NCBI GenBank assembly: GCA_963422595.1
Contig: OY730298.1
Coordinates: forward strand, 612,861 to 676,860
DNA from: Gammaproteobacteria bacterium
Lineage (GTDB): Bacteria > Pseudomonadota > Gammaproteobacteria > UBA4575
Direction of reading: 5' to 3'
DNA length: 64,000 nucleotides
Under the pieces are notes generated by a model, which was not told where the DNA came from, ran no database searches, and saw nothing but the letters and a program-made list of their open reading frames with translations. Positions 18,971 to 28,257 of this stretch are shown piece by piece (the first letter of the stretch is position 1; each line of letters begins with the position of its first letter). Both the position numbers and the translations under genes were made by a program.

Positions 18971-19861
18971 ATGAGACTCGCGTTCGTTGACGAGGTTCGT
19001 ACCGACCCCGCACCAAATCTGCGGGGCAAATGCTGTCTCTGTGGCGATGACATGATCGCGAAGTGCGGCCAGTACGTTCGGTGGCATTGGGCTCACAAAG
19101 CCAGGATCACCTGCGACCCTTGGCACGAATCTGAAACTGACTGGCACCGATACTGGAAAGACGCCTTTCCTGCCAATTGCCAGGAAGTGCTGCACGTAGA
19201 CGACAGAACGCATGAGAAGCATATAGCGGATGTCAAGACTCCCAGTGGATTTGTCGTTGAGGTTCAGCATTCCCCCATCACAGAACACGAAGCGCTAAGT
19301 CGAGAACGCTTTTACAAGAACATGATTTGGATTGTCGATGCACGACACCTTGTCGGTTGGTTTTACGTAGGGATGGCTCATGATCTCGCAACTTGTAGTC
19401 CGATGATGTATCAAATCGAATGGCGGGGAACGAGTAGACTGTTGGAAAAGTGGTCCAACTCAGGAGTTCACGTTTATTTCGATGTCATGAACAGTGCAAG
19501 AGAACATGAGGACGATGATGGCAAATTGTGGTTCTTACCGCGCGAAACAATAGTTCCGGTACAGAAGCGGTTCCTATGGCGGTTGTTGGAATTCGATGCT
19601 ACTGACGGAATAGGATACATCGCGCCTGTCCAAGTGGAAGCGGTAATCGAAGCAGTCATGGATGGAAATTGGCCGCCATTGCATGAATGCGAAGAGGAAG
19701 ATGCTTGGCGATACCGGAGGGAGCTTCGAGAAGTGGCCGGTCGCATAGACGAACAAGGCAACAGAATACAATCAGGAAAATCGCGGCCTAGCCTCTCACA
19801 TGATCGCAAGTCACCTGAACGATCACGTACGCCAATAGATGAGGATGATTTGCCATTCTGA
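18971..19861 (+). CDS. CoiA-like (competence protein CoiA family) nuclease-domain protein
   Basis: 296 aa. N-terminal C-x2-C … WHWAHK…C…ESETDWH resembles the CoiA HFAHK…C…ESxEH signature, followed by an EVQHSPI…WIVD nuclease-like core. Starts 3 bp after the MmeI-family stop. Confidence 0.55.
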   Translation: MRLAFVDEVRTDPAPNLRGKCCLCGDDMIAKCGQYVRWHWAHKARITCDPWHESETDWHRYWKDAFPANCQEVLHVDDRTHEKHIADVKTPSGFVVEVQHSPITEHEALSRERFYKNMIWIVDARHLVGWFYVGMAHDLATCSPMMYQIEWRGTSRLLEKWSNSGVHVYFDVMNSAREHEDDDGKLWFLPRETIVPVQKRFLWRLLEFDATDGIGYIAPVQVEAVIEAVMDGNWPPLHECEEEDAWRYRRELREVAGRIDEQGNRIQSGKSRPSLSHDRKSPERSRTPIDEDDLPF

Positions 19862-20162
19862 ATGTTCCTGACGGAGTCCACAATCACCCACGAGCTTTCC
19901 ACACACTGACGGGATACGGGCCTTTATTGGAATCTCTGTTCTCCAATGGCCTGGGGTTACTACGGAGTTGGAATAGTGGTTGACACCAAACCTCACATCG
20001 CGCTGCTTCACCATAGCGAGGTGCCTGCCGGGCTCCTAAATGAGTTTTGTACCAGTGCGAACGCCGACTCTCTCAGACTCGAGAGGGCAGTTCTGAGGAA
20101 TCTCTGAATTCATCAGAGATTCTCTGATGTTGCGGTGGCCCGTGATAGTCGCTTCGGATGAT

Positions 20163-20744
20163 TCAAGCGCCTCGTCTTCGGCGCAACTCCGCCTCGGCCC
20201 ACTCTACCAACTGCAATCCGAAGTTTGGCACTTTGTCCTTTGGAAGGATCCAAATCGTTTCTCCGTCCCACATTGCCCCGGCTGGTACGGTCTTCCCACG
20301 TGGAGTCAGGTCGTACTTGAAGTGGATCATCGCGTTCGCGTTCCATTGCAGGGCCTCTTCAAGCGATGCCATCTCGACTTGGAATCTCTCTTTCCCCAAC
20401 TGCCGTCTCCCTTCCGACAGGACAAGTGCGTAGCGCTCGCAAGCACTCTCGTAGATTCTCTTGATTTGTGTTTGTGTGCCATGTTGCAGCTTGTTGAAAA
20501 TATTCGCGATGTGGTGCGTGTGCTCGGGCTCCGCGTCGCGGTTCTCATACGACCAGATCCCCTTGATCGTCAGCTCCACGATTAGCGCGTAGAGAACGAT
20601 GCTGGTCATCCCGAAATCGAGCCTTGATCTGTCCTCTGCATCTTCCCGACTCTCTCCGGGTCGTTGGATCGCAATTTCCAGTAGAACCCTCAGCGACCTT
20701 CCGAGTTGGCACGCCGTATCGATCATGTTCCTCTCGTTTTTCAT
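20163..20744 (-). CDS. Hypothetical protein with a putative HEPN-like R-x5-H motif (RDAEPEH)
   Basis: 193-aa ORF in the high-GC island. Motif assignment is by eye only. Divergent from the 20804 gene. Confidence 0.4.
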   Translation of the reverse strand: MKNERNMIDTACQLGRSLRVLLEIAIQRPGESREDAEDRSRLDFGMTSIVLYALIVELTIKGIWSYENRDAEPEHTHHIANIFNKLQHGTQTQIKRIYESACERYALVLSEGRRQLGKERFQVEMASLEEALQWNANAMIHFKYDLTPRGKTVPAGAMWDGETIWILPKDKVPNFGLQLVEWAEAELRRRRGA

Positions 20745-20803
20745 CTCTTACCCTCCCTTATGGCGTTTGTACCCGTTTCTGACTCAGTCTAGCACAACGT
20801 ACA

Positions 20804-21169
20804 TTGGACAGCTTGGCAGCGTGGAATAAGAACAAGGACTTCAAACCACTGGCCGATGTTGCAACCGTGCTTGTTTCGACTGCTGATCGTGTCGAAGGAA
20901 GGGTCTTTATCGATGTTGGTCTCGACATTCCAGACGACCACTTCGGAACGCAGATCTCCACCGAGTCTCGCGACCCCTTGGAGGTGGCGCGTATCCTGGC
21001 GTCTTTCGTCGTGCGTGCGGAGAAGATATCCGACGCGGTACAGGCCGAGATCGAATGCGGGTACAAACCGCTCGGATCGTTCGTCATGGAGATGGAGCAA
21101 GACGGAAGCGTGACGATCCGATGGCGCGCTGCGTCCGACTCCAAGACCTACGAGAAGCACATACCGTAG
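20804..21169 (+). CDS. Hypothetical protein
   Basis: 121-aa ORF starting 60 bp from, and divergently transcribed from, the 193-aa gene. High GC. No family recognised. Confidence 0.35.
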   Translation: MDSLAAWNKNKDFKPLADVATVLVSTADRVEGRVFIDVGLDIPDDHFGTQISTESRDPLEVARILASFVVRAEKISDAVQAEIECGYKPLGSFVMEMEQDGSVTIRWRAASDSKTYEKHIP

Positions 21170-21228
21170 ATAACTGTCAGTGGACGTTTTAGGATGGGAT
21201 CACTCTGCGACCAACCCCAGCCCTCGCT

Positions 21229-21423
21229 AGGCCCTCGGCCGCGCCGTGGACCGCCTCTACCGTCGCACCGGCTTCGCCTCCGAACGCGAGCGGGTGGAGC
21301 ACCTGTTTATTCTCTATGAGCAAATGCACGCGCCTTTGGTGGTTGCGGGTGAAAAGAAAGCTGGGAAGGAGAAAGAGTCGCAACCCCAAGGATCAAAGCC
21401 AGACGCTAACGACAATGCGGCGT
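21229..21423 (+). pseudogene. 3'-terminal remnant of a second MmeI-family RM gene (C-terminal roughly 58 codons only)
   Basis: Translation ALGRAVDRLYRRTGFASEREWVEHLFILYEQM… parallels the C-terminus of the intact enzyme (ALDRAVDRLYRRGGFVSERERVEHLFALYEKM). Nucleotide similarity to 18812-18905 is obvious by eye. An in-frame TAG lies immediately upstream. Confidence 0.7.
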
Positions 21424-21527
21424 GAATGGGAAGAAATGAGCTTGCCATAAACGATTCACATCTGATTTTACTGCTCTACCGCCTCCGCGGCCGAAAAATG
21501 TTATTCAACCGAGCCAACGGCAGATCA

Positions 21528-21956
21528 TCAGGCGGCATTACTATGGTAACAAATTATCGCCAGCGCGAACACAATCAAGCAAGCCACGATTGCTAGTGTT
21601 AGGTAGACACCCGGCTGGATGATGGCAAAAATTACTGCCAACACGGTCACAACCAGGCCTCCGACCCGAAACGCCAAATCAATCCAGTAGGGCCGGTTCA
21701 AGCGCCGTATGACGACTTCAACAGAGTCTGGGGACTTTATCCCAATTGGAGTTACTCCGTTTGAATCAGGGTGATGCTTATCAGGGACAACCTTTGCTGT
21801 TTTCTTTTTTCTTGTTACAGTAGCTTTATCTTCGAATGCGATGTAAGAACCACCATCGGGGTCCGAATAGACATAACAAACGTGTGCGGCATTCACGGCT
21901 GCGTTTCGTACATCTCTGTTTGATCCTTGTCGCCGAACTTCTGCCGGTTTTTGCAT
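21528..21956 (-). CDS. Hypothetical membrane protein (two C-terminal TM helices)
   Basis: 142-aa ORF. Hydrophobic C-terminal roughly 50 aa. Confidence 0.4.
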   Translation of the reverse strand: MQKPAEVRRQGSNRDVRNAAVNAAHVCYVYSDPDGGSYIAFEDKATVTRKKKTAKVVPDKHHPDSNGVTPIGIKSPDSVEVVIRRLNRPYWIDLAFRVGGLVVTVLAVIFAIIQPGVYLTLAIVACLIVFALAIICYHSNAA

Positions 21957-22903
21957 AACGGCCTGTATAAAGCGGTAAAAAGCTCAACTGGACATGGTGC
22001 TGGCTTATCTGTTTCACTCGTCCAATCTTGCAGACACTAAGGAGGGTAAGCGGCAAACTGTTAATCTGATGCGGCAGAATTCCGCCTCAATTCCGCATGA
22101 AGGCCCCTCAAGCAAAGCTACCAGAGCCTTCTCATATAGCGGCAGCACTAGTCCCGCTTCCTAATGTCAACAGGTTATCTATATTTTTAAGAATATACCT
22201 ATATTGGTATATTATAAAGTATTAATATACTTGTTTATAATGCCCCTCATTGATTTTTAACAACTATGAGGATACAAATGTGGACAAATTTATTACAAAA
22301 GTCGACAATTTTATAGTTTCGCTATGGGTAGAAACTGCACTTTTTATTGTAATGTTATCGTTAGTATTTTTACTAACGATTAAATTTTTATAAGCGAGTC
22401 TAAATTGCAAACACTCTTGTAGAATGGCGTGAAAGACATCTGCATATTTTGATAAGCAAACATCAGTTTAGTGCAGCACTTCAAACTCCTTCACGCAAAC
22501 ACTCGTTTTTACTGCACTGCTTCACTTCGTTCGCAATGATATAACTTTTATCATTGTGCGAAGTGAGGCCATGCGGCAATCGTGATGACCAGCATATTTT
22601 ATCGTTTCAATGCAGGAACAGCACTGCGTAAAATCGTTTCTTCCCCTTAATCGTTGCAAGGCACCTCAGCTTTGCTGCAATTCGAGAGACGTAGTCCCTA
22701 TAACCATGGATGGTAAGCAGACGTTAATCTGCGCATAACCTCTCTTGCCGCCCGACAATTTTCGCTGATAATTTCCAGTAGCTTCAGTGGGGTCGTTACG
22801 TCATAGTGATTGACCGATGGGGCAGATAGTCGAAAAATACCCGCGGTACAGTATTTGTTAAAGTACCTTAAAATCCGTAAAACCTGGCAATAAAACGCCT
22901 GGT

Positions 22904-23221
22904 TCAATCGCGTGCCCTGCCCAGCGCATCCTTAGCAATATCGTTGGCGTAGAATTCGCGAATTTGTGCAATAGGTTCAATACGATTCGCGCCAGAACCC
23001 GTCAGACAATTCTCACTTTTATCCACCGCCCAGATAATATAAGCAGTAAACCCCTGTAAATCCTCTGGAAACCGGTCTTTATGCGGAACCCCCGTATGTT
23101 CAACGCGGTCGCCCTGCAACTCTCTTTTTATACGTGCCAGCTCATTCTTTAAGTCATTTACGTCATTACCGTCCCACTGGCCAACGACCTCACCTTTTCT
23201 GCTCACGATATCGTTCGACAT
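22904..23221 (-). CDS. Hypothetical protein downstream of the cbbQ-like gene (possibly a fragment of a decayed partner gene)
   Basis: 105-aa ORF. A 69-aa ORF in another frame overlaps its 3' end. About 900 bp of AT-rich DNA with no ORFs follows. Confidence 0.35.
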   Translation of the reverse strand: MSNDIVSRKGEVVGQWDGNDVNDLKNELARIKRELQGDRVEHTGVPHKDRFPEDLQGFTAYIIWAVDKSENCLTGSGANRIEPIAQIREFYANDIAKDALGRARD

Positions 23222-23527
23222 GTGATTTCCTCCTCTTTTGTAGTAACTAAGTTATATCAGAGAATCAATTTTGTATGTCTGCATGATAGAGACAGCCTAT
23301 TTCAATCAATATTGACTAAAATACTCCTGATTATCATGATTCGCACGCGCCGCGTCTGATTTTTACGATTAATCTCGTCAGCACAGTGGAAGAATTTAAC
23401 AAGGATAAACCCCCGGGCGCATGCATGATTCACCGCAGTCTTTAGCGAAAATACCTTAACTACTAAATTATGGGCAGGGTTATATCGTTGGGGATAACCT
23501 TTTGCGACGTGGCAGGTGTGTAGTGAA

Positions 23528-24340
23528 CTAAAACACAGAAGCACTCAACTCGTTTACTGCGGTTAACATCTCAGCATCGTCAGTAAGTGCCAGGGAGATG
23601 CAACTCGCGCATGCGGTAACGGGATTTACCCCTGTTACAATCAGCTTGGCGGCGTGCACCAGCAGGCGAGTGCTGGCGCCCTCATCCAGGCCACTGCCTT
23701 TAAGGTTGCGCGTCATATGTGCGAACTTTACTAATTGTTTTGCCGTGTTGCTATCCACGCCCGTCTCCTGCTCAACAATTTTTTGCTCAACTGACGCCTC
23801 CGGGTAGTTAAATTCTAATGCGACAAAGCGTTGTCTGGTGCTCTGTTTCAAGTCTTTCAACACGCTTTGATAACCGGGGTTATACGAGATAGCCATACAA
23901 AACTCCAAGGGTGCTGTCAGCAATTCACCCAATTTTTCCATCGGTAAAACACGGCGATCATCACACAAAGGGTGAATCACCACAGTGGTATCCTTTCTGG
24001 CCTCAACGATCTCGTCCAGATAGCAAATGCTGCCTGCGCGCACTGAACGCGCCAATGGTCCATCGACCCATACAGTTTCTCCACCAGTTACCAGATAGCG
24101 ACCCACAAGATCAGACGCAGTTAAGTCATCGTGACAGGAAATCGTGATTAATGGGCGTTTTAATCGCCAGCTCATATACTCCATAAAGCGAGTTTTACCG
24201 CAACCTGTAGGGCCTTTCAGCAGCATTGGCAGTTGATTTTTATAAGCTGACTCAAAAACCTCAATTTCCTCGCCAACTGGTGCGTAGTAAGGTTCTACCT
24301 CTACGAAATATTCTTCAGGCTTAAAAGATTTTGCTTTCAT
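23528..24340 (-). CDS. CbbQ/NirQ/NorQ/GvpN-family MoxR-type AAA+ ATPase
   Basis: 270 aa. Walker A GPTGCGKT, …ICYLDEIVEARKD… Walker B/sensor region. Closely parallels the remembered CbbQ length and motifs. Confidence 0.85.
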   Translation of the reverse strand: MKAKSFKPEEYFVEVEPYYAPVGEEIEVFESAYKNQLPMLLKGPTGCGKTRFMEYMSWRLKRPLITISCHDDLTASDLVGRYLVTGGETVWVDGPLARSVRAGSICYLDEIVEARKDTTVVIHPLCDDRRVLPMEKLGELLTAPLEFCMAISYNPGYQSVLKDLKQSTRQRFVALEFNYPEASVEQKIVEQETGVDSNTAKQLVKFAHMTRNLKGSGLDEGASTRLLVHAAKLIVTGVNPVTACASCISLALTDDAEMLTAVNELSASVF

Positions 24341-24678
24341 CTTAATTATAGTTTAGACATGGGCAGCCCGACTCTGCCGATGACCGAATCATGACGCAAG
24401 CGTTCGATATCATAAGGTTTATGCGTGAATTTATGGCAAGGCTCAAATATTTCAGCTGTCCTATGCACGCGGTAACGCTCAATCTTCAGCATAGCCACAG
24501 CCCCTGGCAACCATATAAACTCAGGGTATCGTATATGATTAAAGCGTGAACGGGTAGCTTAACAAATGGTTATAAGGCCACCTTAAACTAGTATAATTTT
24601 ATTTTTGTTGAATCATTGTTGCATCGCCAGCACACTTACACTACCAAAAAACAATAACTTTACGCGGAGTTCTGAATA

Positions 24679-25458
24679 ATGTTCACCAGCAATCCCTTTG
24701 CTGAGCTTTCGGTGCACGTAGCTTCCGGAGTCACACAGACCTATGTCGTGATCATGCTCGTTCTGGTCGTGGCCGGCACCCTGATTGACGTCATACACAA
24801 AAAAAGTGCTAAATACTTCTTTGAAGACTGGCAAAAGTCGAAGCACAAAGGGTCGAAGCAAGTCGGTGGTGGGGAAGTCATGGCCATGGCGGCACAAACC
24901 CTGGCAAGTGAGGTATTAACGTCATCGGAGTTTTGCACCGCCAGGCGCAGAATTGCCCATCTGCTGACAATGTACGGTTTTGTCGCATATCTGATTGCCA
25001 CCGCCATCATGGTGTTTGGATACCCGACCGCCACCAATCCGACGCCCGTTATGTGGCCGCTGTTATGGCATCTCGGGGCATTGATGGTATGTGTTGGCGG
25101 CTACTGGTTCTGGTTCTTCATTCGGGTTGACGTCGTGGCCGAGGGCAATTCACCGTTTCACGTCATGCGTGCTGACCTGTTTATACTCTCACTGGTTGCC
25201 AGCACCACGCTGGCCTTGGCATGGTCATGGTTACAGGGGTCAATCATTGGGTGGCTGATTTTCGGGCTATATGTACTTGCCACCACGATATTATTCGGTT
25301 CCATACCCTGGTCCAAGTTCGCGCACATGTTCTTCAAGCCCGCTGCCGCCCTGCAAAAAAGAGTAGCCGAAGCAGACGGTTCAAGAAGCAACTTACCGGC
25401 GCCGGCTGACAAGCCTGAAACGTTTGGTAAAGCCAGCGGACTACCGCAGAATTATTAA
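24679..25458 (+). CDS. aprM: AprM, membrane anchor of adenylylsulfate (APS) reductase
   Basis: 259 aa. About five predicted TM helices. Immediately upstream of aprB-aprA, as in AprM-type sulfur oxidisers. Confidence 0.7.
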   Translation: MFTSNPFAELSVHVASGVTQTYVVIMLVLVVAGTLIDVIHKKSAKYFFEDWQKSKHKGSKQVGGGEVMAMAAQTLASEVLTSSEFCTARRRIAHLLTMYGFVAYLIATAIMVFGYPTATNPTPVMWPLLWHLGALMVCVGGYWFWFFIRVDVVAEGNSPFHVMRADLFILSLVASTTLALAWSWLQGSIIGWLIFGLYVLATTILFGSIPWSKFAHMFFKPAAALQKRVAEADGSRSNLPAPADKPETFGKASGLPQNY

Positions 25459-25562
25459 GTTAGATTGGTTGGTCGGATACGGGCGGGTACTGGTGCAGGT
25501 GATCACCTGGTCATCAGCATCAGCATAATTGTATACACAACAACAGGAGATGACAGAATAAC

Positions 25563-26027
25563 ATGCCTACTTTCGTTTATATGACCCGTTGCGATGGTTG
25601 CGGTCACTGCGTTGATATTTGTCCATCAGATATTATGCACATCGACAAAACCTATCGCCGCGCCTACAACATTGAACCCAATATGTGCTGGGAGTGCTAC
25701 TCCTGCGTAAAGGCTTGTCCGCAAAACGCCATTGACGCGCGCGGCTACGCCGACTTTGCGCCTCTCGGTCACAGTGTCAGAGTGCTGCGTGAAGAGGAAA
25801 AGGGCACAATATCCTGGAAGATCAAGTTTCGTGATGGCCGCGAAAAGAATTTTGTCTCGCCCATCCGCACTACAAAATGGGGGACGATTCCATCACCGGC
25901 TGATCTGCAAGTGCCTGGCGCGGAAGCGCTGCAATCCCAGGAACTCGCGCACGAGCCGGACGCGCTCAACGTCAGTAGTGGGTTACCCGCATTGAAGCCG
26001 GCTCAACTCAAGCAGGGAGCGGTCTAG
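25563..26027 (+). CDS. aprB: Adenylylsulfate reductase beta subunit (iron-sulfur)
   Basis: 154 aa. Two ferredoxin-type Cys clusters (CDGCGHCVDICP; CWECYSCVKACP) and an AprB-type C-terminal tail. Confidence 0.9.
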   Translation: MPTFVYMTRCDGCGHCVDICPSDIMHIDKTYRRAYNIEPNMCWECYSCVKACPQNAIDARGYADFAPLGHSVRVLREEEKGTISWKIKFRDGREKNFVSPIRTTKWGTIPSPADLQVPGAEALQSQELAHEPDALNVSSGLPALKPAQLKQGAV

Positions 26028-27871
26028 TGGGATGGTTTAATCAAAGAAAAACAGTGTTCGTGGATTCCGACGTGCTCGTCGTTGGTGGTGGCATGGCCGG
26101 TTGTGGTGCCACCTATGAGTCCAAATACTGGGGGCGCGACCTGAAGGTAGTTTGTGTTGAAAAAGCCAATATCGAGCGTAGTGGTGCGGTTGCGCAAGGT
26201 CTTTACGCCATCAACTGCTACATGGGCATGCAGTGGGGCGAGAATCAGCCGGAGGACCACGTCCGCTACGCGCGCAGCGACCTCATGGGGCTGGTGCGCG
26301 AAGATCTGGGCTATGACATTGCTCGGCACGTAGACTCCACAGTGCACAAATTTGAAGAGTGGGGGCTTCCCATCATGCGCGATCCGGAGACCGGACGTTA
26401 CCAGCGCGAAGGCAAATGGCAGATTATGATTCACGGCGAAAGCTACAAGCCGATCGTTGCCGAAGCTGCCCGCAAGGCTGCTAACGAAGTTTACAACCGC
26501 ATCATGGTGACCCACCTGCTGATGGACGAAGCCAGGCCCAATCGCGTGGCTGGTGCTGTTGGTTTCAACGTTCGTACTGGAGATTTCTACGTCTTTAAGG
26601 CCAAGGCCGTAATCGTTTGTGCTGGTGGGGCATCACACATTTACAAACCTCGCGCGGTGGGAGAAGGCATGGGACGCACCTGGTATGCCCCGTGGAGTAG
26701 TGCCTCGGCCTACGCACTGCCGATTCTTGCTGGTGCTAAAATGACACAGATGGAAAATCGCATCGTCCTGGCCCGATTCAAAGACGGTTATGGCCCGGTC
26801 GGAGCCTATTTCCTGCACCTCAAGACCTACACCGAAAATGCGTATGGTGAAGAATACGAATCCAAATGGTACGAGCAAACCAAGCAACTTGTTGGAGACT
26901 ACATAGACAATCATCCGGTGCCGACCTGTTTACGTAACCACGCCTTTCTTGAAGAAATGAAAGCTGGTCGAGGCCCCATTCGCATGGTGACCAAAGAAGC
27001 CTTTCAGGATCCGCACAAGGAAACCGTGGGATGGGAAAACTTTCTTGGCATGACCATTGGGCAGGCGGTCGTTTGGGCATCGCAAAACATCGATCCCAAG
27101 CACGTCAACCCGGAACTGACCACCTCTGAGCCCTACGTCATGGGGTCTCATGCGACCTGCTCGGGTGCTTGGGCAAGTGGCCCCGAGGATTGTGCGCCTG
27201 CTGATTACCAGTGGGGATACAACCGCATGATGACCGTCGAGGGGCTATTTGGTGCCGGTGACACCGTTGGTGGTAGCGCGCACAAATTCTCGTCGGGGTC
27301 CTACACCGAAGGTCGCATTGCGGCCAAGGCAGCGGTCAACTACGTAAACGACCTGAAGAATGAAAAACTGCGAATAAGCGAGAAACAGTATCAGGACCTG
27401 AAGGAAATCATCTACCAGCCCCTGGAGAACTACGCAGTTGGTCGTAACGAGATCGTAGCCGGAACTGTTTCGCCAAGCTATATTTTACCGCTGCATGGTC
27501 TTCAGCGTCTGGAAAAAATCATGGACGAATACGCAGGTGGGATTAGTGCCAACTACATGACTAATGAGCCCCTGCTCACTCGCGGTCTGGAGCTGCTGGA
27601 CATGCTGAAGGAAGACCTTAACCACATTGGTGCCGAAGACCTTCACCAGCTGCAAAGAGCCTGGGAACTTCAGCACCGGTTTATAGCCTCACAGTCGGTA
27701 GTCCACCATACCATGTTCCGCAAAGAGACGCGCTGGCCGGGGTACTACTATCGTGGCGATCATCCAAAGCTGGACGATCAGGACTGGCATTGCCTCACCC
27801 TGTCCCGTTATGACCAGGAATCCGACAGCTGGGATATGGAGAAAGCCCCCGTTCACCACATAATCGACTAA
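26027..27871 (+). CDS. aprA: Adenylylsulfate reductase alpha subunit (FAD flavoprotein)
   Basis: 614 aa. N-terminal DVLVVGGGMAGCGA FAD motif. Start overlaps the aprB stop (TAGTG). AprA-like length and architecture. Confidence 0.9.
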   Translation: MGWFNQRKTVFVDSDVLVVGGGMAGCGATYESKYWGRDLKVVCVEKANIERSGAVAQGLYAINCYMGMQWGENQPEDHVRYARSDLMGLVREDLGYDIARHVDSTVHKFEEWGLPIMRDPETGRYQREGKWQIMIHGESYKPIVAEAARKAANEVYNRIMVTHLLMDEARPNRVAGAVGFNVRTGDFYVFKAKAVIVCAGGASHIYKPRAVGEGMGRTWYAPWSSASAYALPILAGAKMTQMENRIVLARFKDGYGPVGAYFLHLKTYTENAYGEEYESKWYEQTKQLVGDYIDNHPVPTCLRNHAFLEEMKAGRGPIRMVTKEAFQDPHKETVGWENFLGMTIGQAVVWASQNIDPKHVNPELTTSEPYVMGSHATCSGAWASGPEDCAPADYQWGYNRMMTVEGLFGAGDTVGGSAHKFSSGSYTEGRIAAKAAVNYVNDLKNEKLRISEKQYQDLKEIIYQPLENYAVGRNEIVAGTVSPSYILPLHGLQRLEKIMDEYAGGISANYMTNEPLLTRGLELLDMLKEDLNHIGAEDLHQLQRAWELQHRFIASQSVVHHTMFRKETRWPGYYYRGDHPKLDDQDWHCLTLSRYDQESDSWDMEKAPVHHIID

Positions 27872-28257
27872 GCACGCGGGCGGGATAAAAGATAAATTGC
27901 TCCATCCGAACTCGCGGACAATGCCCATTGACTTCAGCGCGCACCAGCGGTGCGCGCCGTATTCTCCTGCTGCAAAATCCTCATCTCATAATCGTCCAAC
28001 CAGAAACGACAATCGCGAATAATTTTTTATTACGTGCCGGGCAATACTAACCACAAAGCGCGCATACAACTGATTACCTCGCGTGCGGTGTTATCTACAA
28101 TCGGGTTAAGAAAATACAGTGCCATCAGTTTGGTCATTAGCCACCAGTACCTGGCACTGATGCACTCACAACTATAGAGTGGCAGCGTTATAAGTTTAAC
28201 GTTATAGTCAAAAAATCAACAACCCCCAACAAAAACCTGCCAATTATCCAACAGCTT

